Shown: piece after piece, positions 47,402 to 57,348 of the stretch
Layout: every line of letters begins with the position of its first letter
How positions within the stretch are numbered: position 1 is the first letter of the stretch
Source: Pseudomonas phage EL
Direction: 5' to 3' (one strand)
Length of the DNA stretch: 64,000 nt
Sequence record: AJ697969.1
Made by a program: the position numbers and the translations under genes
Notes under the pieces: model-generated
What the model was told of the DNA's origin: nothing
The model's database searches: none
The model's input: the letters and a program-made list of their open reading frames with translations, nothing else

Positions 47402-47710
47402 ATGACCAAATCCCCTGGGAGTCCTGAGGAAGAAGTTCCTATGATTCTTCCTAACGGAGAGTTCAATCCTAAATGGAGAACGTGGTACGGTAACCAATAC
47501 GGCCTGAAACCTAAGGAGGTCAGTTATCATCAGGTGGAACGGGTTAAGAAGATGCCTGAACCAGATCTGGTGACGAGGTCAGGTAAACTGAATCCTGTTT
47601 GGATCACCTGGTACCGGGTTATCAACAAGGTCACTACACCCACCGCTCGCAATGCAGGTAAAGCGATTCTTGCTTTACGAGCTAAACAGACTAAGGAGGA
47701 AACGGCATGA
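47402..47710 (+). CDS. Hypothetical protein
   Basis: 102-aa ORF with internal KWRTWYG / PVWITWYR repeat. Confidence 0.5.
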   Translation: MTKSPGSPEEEVPMILPNGEFNPKWRTWYGNQYGLKPKEVSYHQVERVKKMPEPDLVTRSGKLNPVWITWYRVINKVTTPTARNAGKAILALRAKQTKEETA

Positions 47711-47916
47711 GCACACGACGTTTAATGAACCGTCCGCCCGTAAAGCCACTGGGTCTCCAGTTTGATCGGGAAGCGTTGTGGTTGGCTCGTATCAGCTTCA
47801 TGATGACGATGGAGATAGGGACATCTCAAGGGGCTGAATTCCTAGCTGCTGAACGTCGGTTTAGCAAGGATGCCATTGAACTCACTACTCGTTTCCTCTC
47901 GGGTAATAAGAACTGA
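47707..47916 (+). CDS. Hypothetical protein
   Basis: 69-aa ORF overlapping the previous stop. Confidence 0.4.
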   Translation: MSTRRLMNRPPVKPLGLQFDREALWLARISFMMTMEIGTSQGAEFLAAERRFSKDAIELTTRFLSGNKN

Positions 47917-48090
47917 ATGTCAACTCTACGTGAAATAGCTGAATGGGTACGTGAGCAATCCTTAAAGACCCAGGAGAGTCAACAAAATGTCCCTGTCGCA
48001 CCAATTCAAGAAATACCCGTTGGCAACGAGCTTCCGTCATACAGAAGTTCCGTGTTTCAATACGAAGATGTACGACTTGCCTCAAGTTAA
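47917..48090 (+). CDS. Small hypothetical protein (57 aa)
   Basis: ATG overlapping the upstream stop (tgaatg). Confidence 0.3.
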   Translation: MSTLREIAEWVREQSLKTQESQQNVPVAPIQEIPVGNELPSYRSSVFQYEDVRLASS

Positions 48091-48196
48091 CGCTTCGTAT
48101 GGGAAATCCCAAGTCACACAGTTCTTGCTCAGACGGGCGCTGTTGAATAAAACGAAGTAACGTTCTGGACTAAAGAGAATAAGGAGTTCTGCGTTC

Positions 48197-48643
48197 ATGA
48201 AACACTTTATCTTTGCAATTCTGCTGTTCCCCGTGGTAGCGTTCGGTGCGGTTAACCGTGAGAGCGCGCTCAACGGTCCTGAGACCTACACCTGTGAAGG
48301 GTACACTGACAACGTTGTTGATACCGTTGAGGGGAGTAATGAAATCATAACGGACAATCCCATCCAGTGGGAGAGGACCGTAGTGCTTCGAACGACTCGG
48401 GGATATGTAATCAAAGCGAATTCACTCTTCAAGGAAGATCAAATCCTGATGGTAGAACCTTTGATTACGAAGAAGGCGGACTATGCCGACAATGATTTCA
48501 TCATGTTGTTTAAGAAGTTCAACGATGTAGGAACCCCCTATTTCCTCCTCTTCGTTACTGATGATCCCACCGTCAGCAGTGAAGAGGAAGATGAGAACCC
48601 CATTGTCCGGGTCGTCACCATAGCACCCTGTCGTGTGAATTAA
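48197..48643 (+). CDS. Secreted/periplasmic protein (signal peptide)
   Basis: MKHFIFAILLFPVVAFGA signal-like N-terminus. aaggag RBS. Confidence 0.6.
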   Translation: MKHFIFAILLFPVVAFGAVNRESALNGPETYTCEGYTDNVVDTVEGSNEIITDNPIQWERTVVLRTTRGYVIKANSLFKEDQILMVEPLITKKADYADNDFIMLFKKFNDVGTPYFLLFVTDDPTVSSEEEDENPIVRVVTIAPCRVN

Positions 48644-48706
48644 CTTCCGGTGCAGAACAGGAGGGACATCCCTCCTGTTCATCCACATTAAGATAGGACA
48701 CGCCCT

Positions 48707-49189
48707 ATGACAATTCGTTTAGACATTCTCCACCGGTTTCATCAGATTGAGGGGATACGGGAGACCATCATCGACTTCTCTACCCGACTGTTCGACTACG
48801 AGTTTGCCTTGTCGGGAATACCCGCCCACCTCAAAGACCAATACGAAGTCCCAAACTCGGCAAACGCTTATGATGAGCTCTTCGCGGATACGGATCTCTG
48901 TATTCTGGCCTTGGATGAGGATACGCCCATCGGGATGCTGCTGTCCGCCTACGAACGCCCCAATGCCATCGAAGTCTTGTTTGTAGAAGAGAAGTACCGG
49001 AATAAGCACGTCGGTAAGGTTCTGGTTGAACAATTCCACCGCATTAAGCTGGGTCATCCGATCTTTGTCACCGTAATGGCGTGGAATCCCTCCGCGCGTC
49101 GCTTCTACGAACGGAATGGTTTTATCTTTAAGGAAGATAGCCAACATGGAGAACAGGCCTTAAAGGGTGTACGTTCTCTCCTGGATTAA
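48707..49189 (+). CDS. GNAT family N-acetyltransferase
   Basis: YRNKHVGKVLV (Q/RxxGxG/A) and NGF motifs. Confidence 0.7.
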   Translation: MTIRLDILHRFHQIEGIRETIIDFSTRLFDYEFALSGIPAHLKDQYEVPNSANAYDELFADTDLCILALDEDTPIGMLLSAYERPNAIEVLFVEEKYRNKHVGKVLVEQFHRIKLGHPIFVTVMAWNPSARRFYERNGFIFKEDSQHGEQALKGVRSLLD

Positions 49190-49221
49190 ACCCTTACTTC
49201 CTACTCACTTCCTAGCAACAA

Positions 49222-49781
49222 TGTTGGAGTCTAAGATGACTACGATTGTGTTCAGTAACCGCGTCCTCCCTCCTGTCTTCCGTTCGGTCCACGGGGTTTA
49301 TGAATCCACGGCGATTAAAACCAAGGACGGACGACTCAAGTTGATAACGGGTTTCAGTTTCGGGAAAATGGGTGAAATCATTCGCGTAGGGTACATCGAT
49401 CCCCAGAAACTAACTGATCCCCGGGAACTGAAAGCTTACCACGACCAGGTCTTGGAAGTCATTGAACTGTTCGAGAACTTACAGTTCTGGGTTAAACAAC
49501 AGATTCGAGAGTACGAAAGAGGTGGGTATAAGAGCGTACCTGAATACTGCTCCTTCGTACTCCAACAAGAATACCCCATCCTGATCCACGGTAAGATTAA
49601 GGGCGCGGCGTTGAAAGTCGAGTTATTTGGTAGAGACATCAATGAAATGGTTTTCTCGACCACGCTGAATAACCCTGATCTCGAACGTATCTTCCTCGAT
49701 AAGTTGGCGGTCATCGTTGACGGTTTCCGGAATCACCTTTCTGACGTGGATAATAACGTCACTCTGGATCAATTGTTTTAA
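49222..49781 (+). CDS. Hypothetical protein
   Basis: ORF. Start placed at ATG 49222 or 49237. Confidence 0.5.
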
Positions 49782-49791
49782 GGAGAACGGT

Positions 49792-50262
49792 ATGAAATGG
49801 ATTGTTTTGATCACCACGCTCCTGGTTTCTCTGGTTGTAAAGGCCAACGAAGATAGCTTTGTCTGTCACCAATACGGGTTTACCCAAGACCCTGAGCGTT
49901 TCCATTCCCTGTCCATGAGTCCCCAGGTTAATACGTTCGACCTCACCGCCGACCGAGTAATCTACCAAGGGCGTTTGTTTATCGGGGTGGAACCCCGAGA
50001 CTACGACTTTGATGACACGGTCGTAACCTACCTGAATGCGGAACGCAATGAGATTTTGTACTTCTACTTAGTGGGCGAGCAACCTGAAATAGGGATCAGT
50101 CGCTTGGTAGAAGACTCAGATACGTTTTTCAGCGATAAAGCGCTGTTTACGCACTGTTCATTCATCCCTAAAGGAGGAAGCGACGTTGACGATGCTTCCC
50201 AACATTCATCTCGTGTTAAAACCGGAGGAATTAGCGGACTTATCCCCGTACGACATTTTTAA
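49792..50262 (+). CDS. Secreted protein (signal peptide)
   Basis: MKWIVLITTLLVSLVVKA. aaggagaa RBS. Confidence 0.6.
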   Translation: MKWIVLITTLLVSLVVKANEDSFVCHQYGFTQDPERFHSLSMSPQVNTFDLTADRVIYQGRLFIGVEPRDYDFDDTVVTYLNAERNEILYFYLVGEQPEIGISRLVEDSDTFFSDKALFTHCSFIPKGGSDVDDASQHSSRVKTGGISGLIPVRHF

Positions 50263-50413
50263 AGTAAAGGCAGTCAAAGACACGGGGATTGTTATCGCCC
50301 ACGGCGCCCTTTGCTTTTTCATTAAAGGTATCCTTCCGGGTATTAAGACAGGGGACACTTTGTTCTTGTACAAGGACATGCTAATTCCGAAAGAACAACC
50401 TCTTTACATTTAA
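50192..50413 (+). CDS. Hypothetical small protein
   Basis: aaggagga RBS. Overlaps the upstream gene tail. Confidence 0.4.
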   Translation: MLPNIHLVLKPEELADLSPYDIFKVKAVKDTGIVIAHGALCFFIKGILPGIKTGDTLFLYKDMLIPKEQPLYI

Positions 50414-50421
50414 GGTGACGT

Positions 50422-50754
50422 ATGACAGTCGAATTTATTCCCACACCTTTGATGATGCAACACATTACCTCAGGGTATAGTGAAATCAACCAACAGGGAC
50501 GTACGGCTCTAGAGATCCAAGAGAAATCGAGTGGTGTACTGGAGCTAATACTTTTCAGTATGCAGCGGGTGAGCGATGCCTCGCGGACCTACGGGTACAG
50601 GTCCAAAGACTACCGAGAGGTCTCGGTCCGAGAAGAACAGTACCAGGCAGGCCTGGAGCTGCTCTATAAAGACCTTCTCCAGGCATTCGAAGCGAGGGTC
50701 GAAAACACCACCTCCACGCTCAAGAGTTTCAAGGACGAAAATGGGCTATGGTAA
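50422..50754 (+). CDS. Hypothetical protein
   Basis: 110-aa ORF. Confidence 0.5.
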   Translation: MTVEFIPTPLMMQHITSGYSEINQQGRTALEIQEKSSGVLELILFSMQRVSDASRTYGYRSKDYREVSVREEQYQAGLELLYKDLLQAFEARVENTTSTLKSFKDENGLW

Positions 50755-51026
50755 AGGTTGAGGTTAAACACGGACTCTCAGACTCCCAGCGAGCGGTGTT
50801 GAAAACCCAATTGCTGGATGTGGGGGTCCGTGTGGTAACTCTGACGAGGGGAGGTGACGAAACCCTAATAGGGTACGTGTATACTTTCAGTGGTAATAAC
50901 CCTATTGGGGTCCAGCTTCGTTTACAGGATCCGTCACTTTCCCTGACGCCACAACAGCTAGCCAGTTTTAAGTTTGCGATACGGAAGGGGCGGTTTGTTC
51001 TAGAGACACGCGGTAAGAAGAGGTGA
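50748..51026 (+). CDS. Hypothetical protein
   Basis: 92-aa ORF. Confidence 0.45.
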   Translation: MVKVEVKHGLSDSQRAVLKTQLLDVGVRVVTLTRGGDETLIGYVYTFSGNNPIGVQLRLQDPSLSLTPQQLASFKFAIRKGRFVLETRGKKR

Positions 51027-51029
51027 ATA

Positions 51030-51509
51030 GTGAATGTGTTCACACAGTGGATTAAACGGGTCTTCAAACGTCAACATGAGCCTCTCTTGAGTCAAGAGGA
51101 GACCAACGCCCTCATTAAGGATGTAACCACGGACTACCTCAAAACTGCGGTATCGATCGTGTTGAGAACTGTTCCCCATACCACGTTGGATGGTAAACCG
51201 AACCCTCGCTGGATTATGGGTGTCGCTCCAGGGTTCCCGGATTATGATGTCGAAGCACTGATCGGGGTTATTAACGGACTGCGTAAGGAAGAAGACGACG
51301 TCATCGATGACTATGTCTTCCACCGGAATGAGTCGGCTAATTACCGGAATCTGGATGAAGAACTTCAACCGTTTATTAAGCCCGCTGTACGGTTCAATGA
51401 GAATAACAAAATCGAAATCAAGTTACTGGGCGGTTGGAAACCTTTTAACCCCGCTGTGTCGGGTTCTGTACGGAGAAAAATGAATGAAGACAAACACTTC
51501 ACCGCCTGA
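51030..51509 (+). CDS. Hypothetical protein
   Basis: 159-aa ORF with GTG start. Confidence 0.5.
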   Translation: MNVFTQWIKRVFKRQHEPLLSQEETNALIKDVTTDYLKTAVSIVLRTVPHTTLDGKPNPRWIMGVAPGFPDYDVEALIGVINGLRKEEDDVIDDYVFHRNESANYRNLDEELQPFIKPAVRFNENNKIEIKLLGGWKPFNPAVSGSVRRKMNEDKHFTA

Positions 51510-52032
51510 GTACATCATCAGTGAGAACGGTGACTGGTTCCATTTCAGTGGGTATTGGGGGGTGTTCTCCCGGTGCTTGTGTCGGATGGGTGGGAAGTTC
51601 CATGAGGCTATCGATGTCTCGTTAACCCCGATTAATGTCTGGCAGTGGGAAAACCTGAAACAGGTTCGTATTCGTAAACACCGCACCGCTGAGACCAATC
51701 CCTTTGCCTTTGCCCATTCGTTCCCCAAAGTGCGTTATGACCACCTGGTAGAAAAAGTGGGGGAGACGGTTGCGCACCTGCTGGTTCACGAGGATCTCTT
51801 GGCTGAAATAGACATGTCGCTGTTTCGCCACATGGATCGTGTGTGGGGATGGGGTGGTGGTGTCCCCTTTATCCTGGTGTGTAAAGAGCGAGACCGTTAC
51901 CCTGAGCTCCTGGAACATTGGTTCACTGTATTGGATAACGAATCCGCGTACTTGAAAAGCATGGATGAGGACATGATGCAACGTTATCTCATCCATACTG
52001 AAAGCTGTCGGGCTAAAGCCCACTCTCACTAA
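51484..52032 (+). CDS. Hypothetical protein
   Basis: 182-aa ORF. Confidence 0.5.
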   Translation: MKTNTSPPEYIISENGDWFHFSGYWGVFSRCLCRMGGKFHEAIDVSLTPINVWQWENLKQVRIRKHRTAETNPFAFAHSFPKVRYDHLVEKVGETVAHLLVHEDLLAEIDMSLFRHMDRVWGWGGGVPFILVCKERDRYPELLEHWFTVLDNESAYLKSMDEDMMQRYLIHTESCRAKAHSH

Positions 52033-52103
52033 TTCCGAACACCCGCTCCTATTCTTTACCTCGGAATGACAACTCAATCGTTAATGACCTATAAGGAACC
52101 TGA

Positions 52104-52364
52104 ATGACTACCATCAAAGTCCAACAAAAACTGGGTCTGGCTGCTTTTGCTATCCTGTCGGACCAACTGAAAGCAGAAGGTATTCACGTGATTAACCCGG
52201 TAGAGGGCGAGGTGGTTACCGCTGACGATGTGGTTGGTAAAGTCCTGGCTGCCTTCAACCTGGGCAACAAGATTGAAGTGAACGCGGACGTCCCCGCTAG
52301 CAATAAAGGGGTGAATTACCGGTTCGAACGGATTGGGGGAGCGTACTACCTGGTCCGGAAGTAG
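52104..52364 (+). CDS. Hypothetical protein (86 aa), GC3-rich
   Basis: aaggaa RBS. Followed by a terminator. Confidence 0.6.
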   Translation: MTTIKVQQKLGLAAFAILSDQLKAEGIHVINPVEGEVVTADDVVGKVLAAFNLGNKIEVNADVPASNKGVNYRFERIGGAYYLVRK

Positions 52365-52375
52365 CTAACGACTCG

Positions 52376-52417
52376 CCCTCCTGCCTTATTGGCAGGAGGG
52401 TGTATGTCCTTTATTTG
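52376..52417 (+). terminator. Terminator (ccctcctgcc/ggcaggaggg)
   Basis: 10-bp perfect stem then tgtatgtcctttatttg. Confidence 0.6.
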
Positions 52418-52430
52418 TTATGAGGTGGTT

Positions 52431-53093
52431 ATGTCAAGACAATCGTTGTTGGAATATGGAAGAGGGTGGTTATGCGACCAGGGTGGTGAGGGTAAAGAGG
52501 AATGGACCGGGGGTGACGCGGTGTTCTACTCCATGAGTGTCAGTCCTTTAGCTTATCCCACCACCACCTTTTGGACGGGTCGTTTCAATATCCACATGGA
52601 GAACATCACTGTTCGGTTACATTCGCACGATAATGATCCTGAATTGGTGTTGTTCTTCAATAAGCTCAATCTACTGGAGCAGGGCGTACGGGAGTATTGC
52701 AAGGCGTTCAGAAAGGTCCTCAATAACCCGAAGAAACCCCTAAAGGAACCCGTCTATAAGCGACAGTGGCTCAACCCTGAGAACATTGAAGCGCCCTTTA
52801 CGGGGTATTATTTCTATTGCATCGATCAGGATAAGGCAGGCCGGTTCTGCGTTGGGGATTGCCACCGGACCATTGTGATGTGGATGGACATTCACCACAA
52901 TGACGGGAGGGTCTTTAACAAAGCGTTGTTAGAAGTTCAACTCAGCGCTCTCCAATGCCTGGTGACCTATTTGAAGGAGGCTCAGGTTAAGATCAAGAGT
53001 CTTCGTAAGCAATACAAGGTCTTAGGTTGGGATAAACCTCAGGAGCTCCAGAGTGACACGTCCTCTGAGGACGTTCTTCCCGATCCCCAGTAG
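52431..53093 (+). CDS. Hypothetical protein
   Basis: ATG after the gaggtgg RBS. The track start overlaps the terminator. Confidence 0.5.
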   Translation: MSRQSLLEYGRGWLCDQGGEGKEEWTGGDAVFYSMSVSPLAYPTTTFWTGRFNIHMENITVRLHSHDNDPELVLFFNKLNLLEQGVREYCKAFRKVLNNPKKPLKEPVYKRQWLNPENIEAPFTGYYFYCIDQDKAGRFCVGDCHRTIVMWMDIHHNDGRVFNKALLEVQLSALQCLVTYLKEAQVKIKSLRKQYKVLGWDKPQELQSDTSSEDVLPDPQ

Positions 53094-53101
53094 AAATTAA
53101 T

Positions 53102-53118
53102 AAACCTATATTACTCAG
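53102..53118 (+). promoter_or_regulatory. Promoter-like motif AAACCTAtATTAcTCAg (14/17)
   Basis: 39 nt upstream of the chaperonin ATG. Confidence 0.5.
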
Positions 53119-53157
53119 GTGTAATGCAATTAGGTATGGTTTAACAGGAGTACGAAG

Positions 53158-54834
53158 ATGTCTCAAACGCTACTGGTACATGGTAAAGATGCCCAAGGAA
53201 TCATTAAACAGGTCTTGAGTGAGGTGTATGACGCCGTCACTTCGACCATGGGTCCGAATGGTCAGTTGGTGATGATCAAGAATGGGGTCTCCACCAAGAC
53301 CACCAAGGATGGGGTGACGGTAGCCCGTTCCATTCGCTTTGCAGATGAAGCCCATGAATTGGTGAACCGGGTAATTACCGAGCCGGCTACGAAGACCGAT
53401 GAGGAATGCGGGGATGGCACTACCACCACCATCATGCTGACCCATGCGCTCTATCACCTGTTCAAGGACTTCCCAGGTTTCCAACACCACCGGAACATTG
53501 AAGACTTGGTAGAGCGGGTTATCCAACGTTTGGAATCCATGGCGATTCGGGTGGAAGTGGATGACCCTCGGTTGTATCAAGTGGCCCTGACCTCGTCTAA
53601 CCAGGATGAAAAGCTCGCCCGACTGGTTAGTGAGCTCTATGCGAATAACAAAGGGAGTTATCCGGATATTGAACTCAAGGAAGGGGTCAACTTCGAAGAC
53701 CAGATCGAACAAACTACAGGGCGCACTATCCGTATGTTCTACGCGAATCCCTGGTTTGCGAAAGGCCACCAAGGGGGTGTGACAGAATTGACGGGGTTTA
53801 CGGCGTTCGTTATCGATCGTCGGATTGACAAGGAAGACACCCAGAAGTTGATTGATGGGGTGAATCACCTTGTGAAAACTCACAAACAACACCTGGCCCT
53901 TCCCATCCTGCTGATTGCACGAAGTTTCGAAGAAGCCGCTAACTCGACCCTGATGCAATTGAATGCGGCGCACCCAACCCTGGTAGAAGACGGACGTCCT
54001 TGGTTAATCCCGTTGAGTACGCCGGTAGGTGGTGCAATTGGGACCTCTGAACTGCAAGACATCGCGGTCATGCTGAACGCCCCTATGCTCAGTGACGTAG
54101 CGGACCTGACCAAGTTGGATACCCATTCGATCAATGGCCAACACGGCCAACTGGAACTGGGGGGCAATCGGTCTATCCTGAAGAGTACCACACCTAAGGA
54201 TGAAGACCGGATCGAACAACATGCTCGGGGTATTGAGGAACTGTTGGAGGGGTTTAGCCTCAGCGATAAGTTCTCTGTACGCGCCCGGTACAACGAACGG
54301 CGTATTCGGACCCTACGGGGTAAGTTGATCACCATTTCCGTAGGCGGCGAAACCTATTCTGAAGTCAAGGAACGGGTAGACCGGTACGAGGATGTGGTGA
54401 AAGCCATTCGTTCCGCCTTGGAGAACGGCATCCTTCCTGGCGGTGGCGTATCCCTGGTTAAGGCGGTCTTCGGTACGATCAAGGAAGGCCTCGAAGATAA
54501 AGACCAGAGCGCTGAGTTTGCTAAGCGGTATATCAACTCAGGCATTGCCAATGAGTTGATGCGACTGTCCACTATTCAGCATAAGCTGTTGTTCAAGGAC
54601 ACGGCGCTGTATAAGGAAAATGGGAGTTTCCATTTTAATGATGATTGGCTCAATACACCGACCGTCATGAATCTGGCAACTGGTGAGATTGGTACCCCGG
54701 AGGGATTGGGTATTTATGACACCGCGTATGCCTCTATCACTGCGCTGAAAGGCGGACTCCAAACCGCTAAGATCTTGGCCACTACGAAGACACTGATCCT
54801 AGGGGAGAAGTTGTCGGCGGTTAAGGTGCGGTAA
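53158..54834 (+). CDS. GroEL-like chaperonin (Cpn60)
   Basis: TMGPNGQLVMIKNGVSTKTTKDGVTVARSI matches TLGPKGRNVVL...PTITKDGVSVAREI. GDGTTTTIML matches GDGTTTATVL. C-terminal GILPGGGVSLVKA. Confidence 0.9.
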   Translation: MSQTLLVHGKDAQGIIKQVLSEVYDAVTSTMGPNGQLVMIKNGVSTKTTKDGVTVARSIRFADEAHELVNRVITEPATKTDEECGDGTTTTIMLTHALYHLFKDFPGFQHHRNIEDLVERVIQRLESMAIRVEVDDPRLYQVALTSSNQDEKLARLVSELYANNKGSYPDIELKEGVNFEDQIEQTTGRTIRMFYANPWFAKGHQGGVTELTGFTAFVIDRRIDKEDTQKLIDGVNHLVKTHKQHLALPILLIARSFEEAANSTLMQLNAAHPTLVEDGRPWLIPLSTPVGGAIGTSELQDIAVMLNAPMLSDVADLTKLDTHSINGQHGQLELGGNRSILKSTTPKDEDRIEQHARGIEELLEGFSLSDKFSVRARYNERRIRTLRGKLITISVGGETYSEVKERVDRYEDVVKAIRSALENGILPGGGVSLVKAVFGTIKEGLEDKDQSAEFAKRYINSGIANELMRLSTIQHKLLFKDTALYKENGSFHFNDDWLNTPTVMNLATGEIGTPEGLGIYDTAYASITALKGGLQTAKILATTKTLILGEKLSAVKVR

Positions 54835-54845
54835 GGGGTTTGTAA

Positions 54846-54886
54846 AGGAGTAGGGGGAAGACCCCTACTCCTTTATTTTTTTTTTA
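54846..54886 (+). terminator. Strong rho-independent terminator (aggagtagggg/cccctactcct) + T13
   Basis: 11-bp perfect stem then ttatttttttttt. Confidence 0.85.
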
Positions 54887-54996
54887 AGGAAATCGATGGA
54901 TGACGAAGCATTTGAAGGAGGTAGACATCCTATGCAGTGAGTCTTGTAACTTCTTTTGACTTACTCCCATTGGACCACCTTTAAGAGGATAAAGCA

Positions 54997-55626
54997 ATGG
55001 CTTCAAACCTTCCAATCCAAACGATCTTCCTCGACAAATTCGTCGAGTTCAACAAAGACCGCTACAAAGACCAGGCGGAAATGCTCGCCCTCTTTGACGG
55101 CCTGACCCTCGCGGACATCACGATCTCCGACATCACCGCCGACGGCGCCAACCCCGAGCTGCAAAGCGCCACGGTCACCTCTGTGAGCCGCAACTTCAAA
55201 GGTGTCGAACAAAAATGGCTCCCGGCGAACATCAACACTCCGTTCGCCTTCGTGGTGGTGAACAAAGGCGCTCCCCTGACCGGCGAAGACCAACTGGCCG
55301 AGCAGACCACCCCGGGTGCCTACGTTTACCTGGTCGGTGAAGGCGAAGAAGCGGTTCAACGCGTGGGCCTGGTGCTGGCTTCCACCACCACCACTGAAAC
55401 CCAAGCCGCCGACGCCCTGGCGCTGTTCAAGGCCAACTTCGAATACGTCCTGGACGACGCCGATGTCGATACTGCCACCGCCAAGGTGCTCAAGGTAACC
55501 ACCAACCCGTTCACCCGCGGCGAGCTCGTGTACGAAATTGGTAAGGCTCCGATCATCGAGATTCCGGAAACTGACTACGGTCGTCTGGAATTCAAAGAAA
55601 TCGTTCAACCCGAACCCCAACCGTAA
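54997..55626 (+). CDS. Abundant-protein candidate (209 aa) with host-like codon usage and C-terminal DYGRLEFKEI motif
   Basis: Very strong GC3 bias. aagagga RBS. C-terminal motif shared with the 14608 gene. Confidence 0.65.
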   Translation: MASNLPIQTIFLDKFVEFNKDRYKDQAEMLALFDGLTLADITISDITADGANPELQSATVTSVSRNFKGVEQKWLPANINTPFAFVVVNKGAPLTGEDQLAEQTTPGAYVYLVGEGEEAVQRVGLVLASTTTTETQAADALALFKANFEYVLDDADVDTATAKVLKVTTNPFTRGELVYEIGKAPIIEIPETDYGRLEFKEIVQPEPQP

Positions 55627-55633
55627 GCTAGAT

Positions 55634-55675
55634 AACTACCAAGTGGGCTAGCCCACTTGGTAGTTTACCTCTCTT
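55634..55675 (+). terminator. Terminator (actaccaagtgggc/gcccacttggtagt)
   Basis: 14-bp stem. Weak T tail. Confidence 0.5.
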
Positions 55676-55704
55676 CGTACCTCATTTCAATTCCAGTGAA
55701 TTTC

Positions 55705-55720
55705 AAATCTACATCATCAG
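55705..55720 (+). promoter_or_regulatory. Degenerate promoter-like motif AAAtCTACATcATcag
   Basis: Weaker member of the family. Confidence 0.3.
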
Positions 55721-55802
55721 TGTGAGCCAGGGGCAATAAAAGTTCACGGATGAATGAATTCTCTTGCAACTGGTGCTTTAAATGTCATTAGGAATATTCA
55801 CC

Positions 55803-56363
55803 ATGAGTATGAGTACTGCTAAAAGGGGTAACTTTTCTACGTCCCCCGGCAAGGAAGACGATGATCTTCCTCTGCACGAGATCCGGGATGCCTTTAATCC
55901 CGCGTTTGTGAAAACGTTTGACAAACTGGGCCTCGACCCACAATTGATCAAAGAGTTTATTTACGCGCTTGATCTGCTCGACAACATCGTTAAGACCCCC
56001 AACTTCGTATCGGGCAGAATTCTGAATAACCGAGATATCGAAGCGTACGGCGAAGAAGCGGTCTTCGCGTTCAACCGGAATAACAATATCCCGTACTACT
56101 ACGTGCGGTTGGGTATTACCGTGTCGGAAACGGTGTACAAATTGCAGGACGAGTTTCTGGAACGTGATTATCCCAAAACGATCCTGAGTATTCTCCGCCC
56201 CATGCGCACGCCCGGTATTGACGTGACCGTAGACGGCCATCCTTACAACGTAGGGATTACCTTCAAAACGCCTCATCCTTTGTTCGGTTTGGTGAATTAC
56301 CAAGATCTCCGGACTGGGATGAACACTTCAGTCCCCTTCCTACTCACTCGGGTGGGACTTTGA
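55803..56363 (+). CDS. Hypothetical protein
   Basis: ATG after the agga RBS. Confidence 0.5.
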   Translation: MSMSTAKRGNFSTSPGKEDDDLPLHEIRDAFNPAFVKTFDKLGLDPQLIKEFIYALDLLDNIVKTPNFVSGRILNNRDIEAYGEEAVFAFNRNNNIPYYYVRLGITVSETVYKLQDEFLERDYPKTILSILRPMRTPGIDVTVDGHPYNVGITFKTPHPLFGLVNYQDLRTGMNTSVPFLLTRVGL

Positions 56364-56463
56364 TCCTCTACCTGCTCCACTGGGCTTAACGCTCCGGTGG
56401 AGCGGGGTAGGGGTTATTACCGCTTTAAATTTTTCAATACACCAACCCAAAAAGGTAATAACC

Positions 56464-57348
56464 ATGCCGAAGAATGAGAACAATCCTGATAAACAAGGTC
56501 TTACGTCTATCTCTGATGAAGACTTGGATAAGGCACTCAACGAACTGGACAACGCAGGGGAAGACGTAACTCCGGTGTCCGAAGAGACCACTACGCGGCA
56601 TCCGGGTACGTCGGATATCCTCAACCGCTATTCACATCCCGCCCTTCAGCCGAAGAAGGGAACCCCTGAATACATCGAGTGGAAAGCCGCTCTCAAACAG
56701 AAGGAGGACCGATTAGTGGAATCCTTGAAGACTTCGGTGACCCAGGAACATGAAGAGAATGTCCTGAAAGGGAATACCCTGGGTACTAAACCGAAGACCA
56801 AGCAGGTAGAAGGCCTGTTGGAGATGGTGGTTCGTAAGAAGGCTGAACTCACCCAAGAAGACACCGTAGACGCCGCAGAACGCGCATTGGCAGCGCTGAA
56901 GCGGGTGCGGGAATATAACCGTAAGAAACGTATTCGACTGTGGTGTATTGTTGTCGGGCTCTTGGTGGTTGTGGGAAGTGGTCTCTATGGGGGGTGGATG
57001 TTCGTCCAGAAACAAATGCTCACCGGTCATTACACCGTGGTCGCGGAGTGCAAAGTCCCTTACGGGGATTTTGAAATTACCGGTAAGCGGTACTACCGCT
57101 ACGCGTATCAATCGATTCTGGGTTACCACCTCGTGGATGAGGGTACGGTCGAAGAAGTCACCGAAGTCAAACTCCCTGGGGATAAAATCATTATCCTGGG
57201 ATTCGATGCGAGTAAAGGGAACTGGTGGCGGATGAACTATGACCGGGGAGAATTCGGTACCGTTAAACTCAAACCTACAGATAAGTACTGGTTCGTCGGC
57301 GAGAAAGACCGTACCACCCTGGTACCTTATCACTCGTTCTGCCATTAA
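56464..57348 (+). CDS. Single-pass membrane protein (294 aa)
   Basis: Central TM RIRLWCIVVGLLVVVGSGLYGGWMFV. Confidence 0.6.
   Translation: MPKNENNPDKQGLTSISDEDLDKALNELDNAGEDVTPVSEETTTRHPGTSDILNRYSHPALQPKKGTPEYIEWKAALKQKEDRLVESLKTSVTQEHEENVLKGNTLGTKPKTKQVEGLLEMVVRKKAELTQEDTVDAAERALAALKRVREYNRKKRIRLWCIVVGLLVVVGSGLYGGWMFVQKQMLTGHYTVVAECKVPYGDFEITGKRYYRYAYQSILGYHLVDEGTVEEVTEVKLPGDKIIILGFDASKGNWWRMNYDRGEFGTVKLKPTDKYWFVGEKDRTTLVPYHSFCH

Noticed and set aside
53170-53973. 267-aa minus-strand ORF
   Set aside because: It is antisense to the GroEL-like gene, whose motifs are unambiguous.
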